Shown piece after piece: positions 13,640 to 22,871 of a DNA stretch of 64,000 bases (position 1 is its first letter; each line of letters begins with the position of its first letter). The notes under the pieces are model-generated. The model worked only from the letters and a program-made list of their open reading frames with translations. It was not told where the DNA came from and searched no databases. A program made the translations under genes and the position numbers. This stretch comes from Mustelus asterias (lineage: Eukaryota): NCBI RefSeq assembly GCF_964213995.1, contig NW_027590120.1:1116001-1180000 (forward strand), read 5' to 3'.

Positions 13640-14450
13640 GCTCGCTCGAGCTCCTTACCGTCTGCCGCAGGCACTGCGCATGCTCCAGCTCCCAAACCAG
13701 GATGGGGCCGTTAACCTGGGCCTGTTCCCGGGAGGGAGGGAGGGAGGGAGGGAGAAGCCCCGCAGCTGCAAACCAGGGAGCTGACAATGATTCTGAACGG
13801 TTTGCGGATCCTCCCCAATCTCCAACCGCCGGCTCCGCCGCTGCGATGTTGACTCCGCCCCCACCAGGTTTTATCTGAGCGTTGGTCCTCCAGCCCCGCC
13901 CCTCATTCACTCCGATTGGTTGGAGGACCAGCCACTCCCGCTCGGTCCTCCAGCCCCGCCCCCTCTTCCCATTGGTTCGGAGCTGCCGACAATCAGTCCC
14001 CGGGCATTGTGATGTGGAGCATGCGCAGTGTCATTGCTGTCCTTGGCGCTTGTTTGTCCCGGAGAAGCGGAGTCAGCGTTCGGCGGTGGCTGGGAGGATT
14101 TGGAAACACTTTGTGGATCCGCAAACCCTTCAGAATCATTGTCAGCTCCCTGGTTTGCAGCTGCGGGGCTTCTCCCTCCCTCCCTCCCGGGAACAGGCCC
14201 AGGTTAACGGCCCCATCCTGGCTCAGCCACTGGAGGATGGTTCACATCAGAGGATGGGGGAGGGGGACAATAAATAAGAGGTTACACTTTGGCCTCAAAT
14301 CAATGAGGACTCTGATCTCTGGGAAGGAAGGAAACCCTGGGAGGTGGGCGGGGAGGATTCACAAACACCCGCTGGAGGCCCCAACACCCCCAATAAGACC
14401 CATTGGTTTTATTGTCAGTCTGCAGACAGGAGCTGGAGAACTGAACCCAG
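13640..14450. promoter_or_regulatory. CpG-island bidirectional promoter between ZNF loci A (-) and B (+)
   Basis: CpG-rich, with GC boxes (ccccgcccc twice), CCAAT boxes (gattgg, cattgg) and NRF1-type gcatgcgca on both arms. A minus-strand donor cagacg|gtaagg lies at about 13657. Confidence 0.65.
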
Positions 14451-14611
14451 ACAGAGGAGAGGGAGGGAGAAAACTGGGAGTGGAGGAAAGAAATGGTTTG
14501 GATTTCAGCCCAGGGAGGAGGGAGAATGTGTGGGACGGGGATTTACAGATTTGGGGGAATGAGAGAGGAAAAAAAGTTCCAGAGAAACTAGAATTGTCTG
14601 TTCAGAATTTC

Positions 14612-14812
14612 ATAGAAATCATAGAAACCCTACAGTACAGAAAGAGGCCATTCGGCCCATTGAGTCTGCACCGACCACAATCCCACCCAGGCCCTACCCC
14701 CAAATCCCTACATATTTACCCACTAATCCCTCTAAACTACACATCTCAGGACACGAAGGGCAATTTTTTTTTTTGCATGGCCAATCAACCTAACCCGCAC
14801 ATCTTTGGACTG
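14612..14812 (-). mobile_element. HE1-type SINE 3' half
   Basis: catagaaatcatagaaaccctacag...gaggccattcggcccat...aacccgcacatctttggactg. Confidence 0.8.
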
Positions 14813-15195
14813 AATTTCTATCTCGATTGACTGTGACGATTTTTGTTAACTCCTTTTACAGGTGAGGTGAGGAAACATCACATAAAAATCAGACTGAGTA
14901 TCGATTTATTAGGACCTGAATATCCTGAGACTTTGAATGTGGAAGGAGAAATGTTTGTCTGTTCTGCCTGGAGGAGAAAATTTCAAACATCAGTGTGACT
15001 GGAAAAGCACTGAGACACACACACACCCGAGTGAGAGTGTTCCAGTGAACTGACTGTGGAAAAAGCTTAAACCAGTTACACAGCCTGAAAAAACATCACA
15101 CCATTCACAGCTGGGAGAAACTGTACATATGTTCTGTGTGTGGACAAGACTTCAACTGATCATCCAACCTGGAGAGACACAAGGACACTGGCACT

Positions 15196-15666
15196 ATGGA
15201 GAAACCTTGGAAATGTGAGGACTGTGGGAAGGGATTCAATTATCCTTCCCATCTCGAAACTCATCGTCGCAGTCACACAGGAGAGAGACCGTTCATCTGC
15301 TGTGTGTGTGGAAAAGGTTTTGTACAGTCACAACACCTGCAGTCACACCAACGCTCTCATTCCAATAAGAGACATTTAAAATGTTCCAACTGTGAGAAGA
15401 GCTTTAAGAGCAAAAAGCACTTGAAACAACACCAACACACACACACTGGAGAGAGGCCATTCATCTGCTCTGTGTGTGGGAAGGGATTCACTCAGTCAGC
15501 CACCCTGATGAGACATCAGCAGACTCACACAGGAAAAAGGCCGTTCACCTGCTCAGTGTGTGGGAAAGGATTCATTCAGTCATCCACTCTGCTGAGGCAT
15601 CAGCGAGTTCACACTGGGGAGAGGCCGTTCCCTTGCTCCAAGTGTGGGAAGGAATTCACTCGGTGA
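15196..15666 (+). CDS. C2H2 zinc-finger protein B (5 complete fingers; sixth cut by TGA)
   Basis: MEKPWKCEDCGKGF...HTGERPF repeats. Decayed finger sequence continues to about 15843. Confidence 0.75.
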   Translation: MEKPWKCEDCGKGFNYPSHLETHRRSHTGERPFICCVCGKGFVQSQHLQSHQRSHSNKRHLKCSNCEKSFKSKKHLKQHQHTHTGERPFICSVCGKGFTQSATLMRHQQTHTGKRPFTCSVCGKGFIQSSTLLRHQRVHTGERPFPCSKCGKEFTR

Positions 15667-16299
15667 GACACTCTCAGTTTGCATCAACATGTTCACACTG
15701 AAAAATTTCTTTTTAAACATTACGAATGAGAGAAGAGTGAGTTGCAGACACACCAATGCATTCGTGTTGAAGAGTGGATGCTCACCTGCTCTGTCTGTGG
15801 GAAGGGACTTATTCAGTCACCACAGCTATTGAGACATCAGTAAGTTTCTGTGCAAGGGTGGGATTCTGTCAATCACTTCCATTGTGTGTTTCTGCTCATG
15901 TTAAACTCCAACCCTGTTCTAGGAGTTATTGATATTCTAGATAAATGTCACTAAGTCAGTTTTTATGGAAATGCGCAGTGCTGTGTTAATATTTCTCCAA
16001 TGGAAGAGGAGACTTGATGTCCTGCTACCAGCTTCATTTTCTCATTTCGAACTCGAGATTATTTCAGTTCTCACGCCTTTGGTTATTCTCATGGACAATT
16101 CTCAGCTCCCATATTTTCCAGAGTGTCTTTCCTGGCGCTGGGATCCAGGGAAGTTATCGGTCACAGTCCTGTGATCAAAAAAGCCAAAAACAAGTCTGCT
16201 TGGACTTCACCCCTGTCCCAAAACATCTCTCTCTTCTTTGACATGTGAATGGAACATGATGCCTGCAAACCTGGTTTAAATTGAAATCGTCTCAGCAAA

Positions 16300-16484
16300 T
16301 TTAACAGGAACCTGCAGGCTGATGAGACTGTGTTACACTGTCAGTGTGTTCCTGCACTTCTCTGTTTTTAACAAGAGCCTGCAGGCCTCTGAAACAGTGT
16401 TAACTGTCAGTGTGCTGATGTACTGCTCTGTACTCAACAGTAGCCTGCAGACTAATGAGACTCTTACACTGTCAGTGTGCTGCT
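16300..16484 (+). repeat. ~60-bp minisatellite, left part
   Basis: Unit approximately acaggagcctgcaggctgatgagactgtgttacactgtcagtgtgttcctgtactgctctgtattta, about 3 copies. Confidence 0.8.
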
Positions 16485-17692
16485 AGAACAACAAAGAACA
16501 GTTCAGCACAGGAAACAGGCCCTTCGGCCCTCCAAGCCTGTGCCGCTCCTTGGTCCAACTAGACCAATCGTTTGTATCCCTCCATTCCCAGGCTGCTCAT
16601 GTGACTATCCAGGTAAGTCTTAAACGATGTCAGCGTGCTTGCCTCCACCACCCTACTTGGCAGCGCATTCCAGGCCCCCACCACCCTCTGTGTAAAAAAT
16701 GTCCCTCTGATATCTGAGTTATACTTCGCCCCTCTCACCTTGAGCCCATGACCCCTCGTGATCGTCACCTCCGACCTGGGAAAAAGCTTCCCACTGTTCA
16801 CCCTATCTATACCCTTCATAATCTTGTATACCTCTATTAGATCTCCCCTCATTCTCCGTCTTTCCAAGGAGAACAACCCCAGTCTACCCAATCTCTCCTC
16901 ATAGCTAAGACCCTCCATACCAGGCAACATCCTGGTAAACTTTCTCTGCACTCTCTCCAATGCCTCCACGTCCTTCTGGTAGTGCGGCGACCAGAACTGG
17001 ACGCAGTACTCCAAATGTGGCCTAACCAGCGTTCTATACAGCTGCATCATCAGACTCCAGCTTTTATACTCTATACCCCATCCTATAAAGGCAAGCATAC
17101 CATATGCCTTCTTCACCACCTTCTCCACCTGTGTTGCCACCTTCAAGGATTTGTGGACTTGCACACCTAGGTCCCTCTGTGTTTCTATACTCCTGATGAC
17201 TCTGCCATTTATTGTATAACTCCTCCCTACATTATTTCTTCCAAAATGCATCACTTCGCATTTATCCGGATTAAACTCCATCTGCCACCTCTCCGCCCAA
17301 TTTTCCAGCCTATCTATATCCTGCTGTATTGCCCGACAATGCTCTTCGCTATCCGCAATTCCAGTCATCTTCGTGTCATCCGCAAACTTGCTGATTACAC
17401 CAGTTACACCTTCTTCCAAATCATTTATATATATCACAAATAGCAGAGGTCCTAGTACAGAGCCCTGCGGAACACCACTGGTCACAAACCTCCAGCCGGA
17501 AAAAGACCCTTCGACCACTACCCTCTGTCTCCTATGGCCAAGTCAGTTCTCCACCCATCTTGCCACTTCTCCTTGTATCCCATGAGCCTTAACCTTCTTA
17601 ACCAACCTGCCATGTGGGACTTTGTCAAATGCCTTACTGAAATCCATATAGACGACATCCACGGCCCTTCCTTCATCAACCGTTTTTGTCAC
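16485..17692 (-). mobile_element. 5'-truncated young CR1 (RT C-terminal half and 3'UTR)
   Basis: Open 319-aa RT frame 16559-17518; 3' tail tgttctttgttgttct. Confidence 0.92.
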
Positions 17693-17910
17693 TGATGTAC
17701 TGCTGTACTGCTCTGTATTTAACAGGAGCCTGTAGGCTTATGAGGCTGTGTTACACTGTCAGTGTGTTCCTGTACTGCTCTGTATTTAACAGGAGCCTGC
17801 AGGCTTATGAGGCTGTGTTACACTGTCAGTGTGTTCCTGTACTGCTCTGTATTTAACAGGAGCCTGCAGGCTGATGAGGCTCTTATACGGTCAGTGTGCT
17901 CCTGTACTGT
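17693..17910 (+). repeat. ~60-bp minisatellite, right part
   Basis: Same unit as 16300-16484, about 3.5 copies. Confidence 0.8.
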
Positions 17911-18537
17911 GGAGCCTTTGCTGTTATGAAATGTGGATGAATAGTAATGAGCCTCACATCCTTGCTCATGTTGCTGTGGTTGTGTAGAAAAGGAGTGTGT
18001 AAAGGGCTGGTATTTGTGTGGAGGTGTGAACGAAGGAAATGGTATCTGTTTGTGACAGTGACACGTTCTTGTGCTCACACTCAGAACAATGCACAGATAT
18101 CATTCTGGTTACAGTTTGAACAGGGTCAGATCACAACTGTAGTGAACAATTTAAACATAAATATCTCCAGTGTAACTGCAGCTTGTTCGATCAGAGCTGG
18201 GGAGGAGAGAGTTCTGAATCCACTGTATTATCTCTGTTCTCCAGACTGGGTAAATTTTAAGTCAAATGATATTTCATTCAAGGAACAGGCTCACAGCCAA
18301 TAGGCTGAATTGCTGTGTAACTTGCATTAAAAAATCATAAAATTCAGGTACAGACTAACTAATCATGTTAAACACATGGAAACTGTGACAATCCAGTGAT
18401 AATAACAATTAACAAATTCATCAGGTAACAGGAAAGTGGTAGACAGGATATTACAGAAGGAATATTGAATTAGATTGTTAAAATTACAGACCAATACACC
18501 ATTACAGGCTCGGAGATGCAGATAAATTTCATATAAA

Positions 18538-18925
18538 AGGCAGGCAGTGGCAGAGTGATATTGTCGCTGGACTAGTAATCAAGAGTCCCAGGTAATACTT
18601 TGGGGACCAGGGTTCGAATCCCACCACGGCAGGTGGTGAAATCTGAATTCAATAAAAATCTGGAGTTAAAAGTCTCATGACCAGGAAACTGTTGTCGATT
18701 GTTGTAAAAAAAACCCATCTGGTTCACTAATGTGTTTAGGGAAGGAAATCTGCCGTCCTTACCTGGTCTGGCACATCTTTGACTCCAGATCCACAGCAAC
18801 GTGGTTGACTCTTAAATGCCCTCTGCAATGGCCTAGCAATCCGCTCAGGTCAAGGGTAATTAGGGTGGGTACTAAATGCTGGCCAAGCCAGTGACATCCA
18901 CATCCCATGAATGAATTTTTAAAAA
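18538..18925 (+). mobile_element. Second tRNA-derived SINE family (not HE1)
   Basis: A-box-like ggcagtggcagagtga, B-box gggttcgaatccc, body ggaaggaaatctgccgtccttacctggtctggc, tail catcccatgaatgaat. Decayed relatives at about 35875-36150, 38335-38425 and 40985-41270. Confidence 0.75.
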
Positions 18926-19289
18926 GTACTTCACTGAGTACTGGAACCATGTGAGGAATTACTCTGTCTGTATTATTGCAGTGCTGTTAATAAAGTCAAT
19001 AAAAGACAATCTGTTGTTGGGAATTTGATTACCTGGTGTCTGAAACCACAAGGCTCAATATTTAGAGTCAATAAGATGAACAAAGAAACACATCAGGGCC
19101 AAATACTCCAGCTGGATATTCAAGGAGAAAGTCTGTTATCTAATACCCTGAGTGGACAGAACAGAGAAAGATCCCAACTGTAAAGAACCCTCAAATTATT
19201 TATAAATAGTTTTCTAATGTTGACAGATTTCAACAGTCAGTTTCTATCACTATTTTCAGACTGTAAAGTTAAACCTGCCGTTTTACTTT

Positions 19290-19406
19290 TGATGTGGAGA
19301 TGCCGGCGTTGGACTGGGGTGAACATGGTAAGAAGTCTCACAACACCAGGTTAAAGTCCAACAGGTTTATTTGGTCTTTAACCTGGTGTTGTGAGACTTC
19401 TTACCA
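19290..19406. mobile_element. Short palindromic Penelope-like pseudo-LTR element with 9-bp TSD
   Basis: ttttacttt at 19281-19289 and 19407-19415; inverted aagaagtctcacaacaccaggttaaag arms. Confidence 0.7.
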
Positions 19407-19626
19407 TTTTACTTTCAGTCAGGAACAGATCCCAGTTTTACACCAATCTCTGATTTGACATCATGTTTCCAGCAATCTTCCTGACTCTAAACATAGTTGT
19501 AAAGGAGCTTCTGTTCCATATCTAGGAGCTCTAAACCATGGAAGAGAGTGGCTTTCTTACACACATCAAGATTAACCCACACATTTAGTCTTCAATATGA
19601 TTAAAAGCAGAATCTAATTCTTGCAG

Positions 19627-20970
19627 TCATTTGTGAACTTGCTGGTGTGTCACAGGGTGTGATGACTAATTGAATCCCTTCCCACACATTGAGCAGGTGA
19701 ACGGCCTCTCCCCAGTGTGAACTCACTGGTGCCTCAGCAGATGGGATGACTGAGTGAATCCCTTCCCACATACGGAGCAGGTGAATGGCCTCCCCTTAGT
19801 ATGAACTTGTTGGTGCACCAGACTGTCTGATGACTGAATGAATTCATTAGCACACACTGAGCAGGTGAATGGCCTCTCTCCAATGTGAACTCGCTGGTGC
19901 AACAGAAGCTGGTATGACTGAGTGAATCCCTTCCCACACTCAGAGCAGATGAATGGTCTGTTCCCAGTGTGAACTCGCTGGTGTGTCACAAGGTGGGATG
20001 TCTGAGTGAATCCCTTCCCACACACACAGCAAATAAATGGCCTCTCCTCAGTGTGAACTCGCTGGTGGGGTTGAGTGAATCCCTTTTCACACACACAGCA
20101 AGTGAATGGCCTCACCCCAGTGTGACGTCACTGGTGCATTAGCAAGTCAAATGACTGAACAAATCTCTTCCCACACTCAGAGCAGATGAACAGTCTCTTC
20201 CCAGTGTGAAGTCGCTGGTGTATTTGCAGATACTTCTTGCTTTTAAAGCTCTTCTCGCAGTCAGAACATTTAAAAAGTCTCTGATCACTGTGTACATGTT
20301 GATGTTCAGTGAGCTGGCATGACTGAGTGAATCCGTTGCCACACACAGGCCTGGTGAATGCGCTCTCCTCAGTGTGAACTTGCTCATGAGCCAGGAGGTC
20401 ATATGAGTCCTTCCCACATGTGGAACATCTGAACGGCCTCTCCTGGGTATGAACTGGCTGGCGTGTCAACAGACTGGATAACTGAGTAAATCCATCTCCA
20501 CACATGGAGAAGGTGAAAGGTCCCTCCCCAGTGTGACTGCATTGATCATGTCCCAGTTTAAAAGGGAAAATTAATCCCATCCCACAATCACCATATGTCC
20601 ACGCTTTCTCCGTGATTCAATTATTAATTTGTCTCTCCAGGTTGGATGATCAGTTGGAGCCTCACACAGAACACATGTACATTTCTCCGCACTGTGAATG
20701 GTATGATGTTTTTTCAGGCTGTGTAACTGGTTAAAGCTCTTTCCACAGTCAGTTCACTGGAACACTCTCACTCAGGTGTGTGTGTGTCTCAGTGCTTTTT
20801 CAGTCACACTGACGTTTAAAATCTTTCCCCACAGATAGAACAGACAAACATTTCTCCTTCCACATTCAGAAGTCGATGATATTCAGGTCCTGATGAATCA
20901 AGTGACTGTCAGATTTTGATATGATGTTTGTTCTGACTTTCCCATCTGGAACTTCTCTCCCTCGAACTCC
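19627..20970 (-). pseudogene. C2H2 zinc-finger locus C, stops/frameshifts
   Basis: Finger ORFs 20128-20580 and 19723-20115 are separated and ended by TGA, many fingers are degenerate, and the shared ZNF leader lies at 20610-20970. Confidence 0.8.
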
Positions 20971-21214
20971 CTGCAAAAGGAGTTTACAGAAGTTATCAGT
21001 GTAAGTACAGGACAGAAATTCAGAGCTAACAATTCTGTGCCCCACACACGCTTTTCCCTCTCTGCTCATTGCTCCAGATTCAGTTTCTAGTCTTCTCCTG
21101 ATTCTTTTCTTCTCTCCAGATTCTCTCCCCTCCTGTCCTCAATCTGGTGACACTGGCTGTGGATCAATCCCACTCCGTCACTCTCATTCTAACAAATAAT
21201 GCAGCTCACAACAA

Positions 21215-22146
21215 TTTAACGAAGGGTCATCTGGACTCAAAACGTTGGCTCTTTTCTCTCTGGTGTGGAGATGCTGGTGTTGGACTGGGGTAAACACAGT
21301 AAAAAGGGGTAGGGCGTGGGTGGGATTGTGGTCGGTGCAGACTCGATGGGCCGAATGGCCTCCTTCTGCACTGTAGGGTTTCTATGATTCTATGAAGTCT
21401 CACAACACCAGGTTAAAGTCCAACAGGTTTATTTGGTAGCAAAATCCACTGGCTTTCGGAGCGCTGCTCCTTCGTCAGGTAAGTGGGAGTTCTGTTCACA
21501 AACAGGGCATATAAAGACACAAACTCAATTTACAAAATAATGGTTGGAATGCGAATCTTTATAGGTAATCAAGTCTTAAAGGTACAGACAATGAGAGTGG
21601 AGAGAGCGTTAAGCACAGGTTAAAGAGATGTGTATTATCTCCAGACAGGACAGTTAGTGAGATTTTGCAAGCCCAGGCAAGTCGTAGGGGTTACAGATAG
21701 TGTGACATGAACCCAAGATCCCGATTGAGGCCGTCCTCATGTGTGCGGAACTTGGCTATCAGTGCTGAACAGAGACTGATATCCAAGTTCCGCACACATG
21801 AGGATGGCCTCAATCGGGATCTTGTCACATTATCTGTAACCCCCACGACTTGCCTGGGCCTTGAAGACTTGATTACCTATAAAGATTCGCATTCCAACCA
21901 TTATTTTGTAAATTGAGTTTGTGTCTTTATATGCCCTGTTTGTGAACAGAACTCCCACTTACCTGACGAAGGAGCAGCGCTCTGAAAGCTAGTGGATTTT
22001 GCTGCCAAATAAACCTGTTGGACTTTAACCTGGTGTGAGACTTCTTACTGTCTTTCCACTCTACACAGATACTGTCAGACCTGCTGAGATTTTCAGCATT
22101 TTGTGTTTTTGTTTCAGATTCCAGCATCCGCAGTATTTTGCTTTTA
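21215..22146. mobile_element. Nested Penelope-like elements: family-2 pLTR split by a family-1 element with inverted arms and GIY-YIG ORF tail
   Basis: Inverted arms about 21394-21762 and 21776-22050 include the peptide KFRTHEDGLNRDL(GFMSHY). Host halves are gaagggtcatctggactcaaaacgttgg (21220) and cacagatactgtcagacctgctgag (22064). An HE1 tail is inserted at 21305-21393. Confidence 0.75.
21960..21995 (+). ncRNA. Minimal hammerhead ribozyme core
   Basis: UAC-CUGACGA-A-GGAGC-AGC-GCUCU-GAAA-GC-UA-GUGG. Confidence 0.6.
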
Positions 22147-22239
22147 TCAATTTATATTTAATGACTTCATTACTGATTTTAAACATGCGGAAATATTCAC
22201 CTTTTCCCAGTTGGGTCTTTGGTTGAAGTTGCTGCTGGG

Positions 22240-22640
22240 CTGAAACCGGAAGCGGCAGAGTGAGATTCCAGAACAATGAGAGTGGGCGGGGCTGGAGGAC
22301 CGAGCGGGAGCGGCTGGTCCTCCAACCAATCGGAGTGAAGGAGGGGCGGGGTCGTAGTCTGACTGATGGTGCCCGCTGCGCAGGCGTGGAGTGGACGCTG
22401 TAGGCGAATGGAATGGAGGCGGTGTCGTGGTGTTTGTGAGGAGACATGAGCTCCGGACAGGAGAGGAACAGAGCCGGTGAGTGGACTGGGAAGTTTCATA
22501 AACACCTTCTGGAGGATTCACAATCCAAATAAGAAGCAATCAGTTCTACGTTGTCAGTAAGAGACGCTACGACTTTTTTTAATGACAGACCCGGGACACG
22601 GCCGCCATCTTGGTGGCAGCAATGCGCATGCGCAGTAGAA
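22240..22640. promoter_or_regulatory. CpG-island bidirectional promoter between ZNF loci C (-) and D (+)
   Basis: Same GC-box/CCAAT core as at 13.9 kb, reversed. ETS-like ccggaag, plus-strand donor gagccg|gtgagt at about 22477, YY1-type gccgccatctt at about 22602, NRF1 tgcgcatgcgca at about 22623. Confidence 0.65.
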
Positions 22641-22871
22641 GGTGAGAATCATGAGTGGATTTTAGGACTGAAGAGAGGTAGAAATGTCACGGCTGTTATA
22701 TTGTTGGAGAGGGTGGAGCAAAATAGAAGGTCAGTGAAAGTAGATCAGGAGAGATTTAACAAATATGTCATGGACACAAGACAACGGAAGTGCTAATGGT
22801 AGTGTTAAAGACTAAGGCAGTCTTAATAGTGGCGTAAAGGTCAGTTTGCAGACTGTGTTCATCAACGAATA

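Noticed and set aside
13916-14830. 304-aa ORF, and similar ORFs at 44956-45457
   Set aside because: They run through GC-rich promoter, intron and SINE sequence with no domain motifs; they recur only because the DNA is duplicated.
15040-15056. TGA at a Cys position in four ZNF leaders read as selenocysteine
   Set aside because: The same leaders contain other stops and frameshifts, and I could not see a SECIS. Inheritance of one mutation is simpler.
16300-17910. Regularly spaced repeats as a CRISPR array
   Set aside because: Eukaryotic minisatellite with no unique spacers or cas genes.
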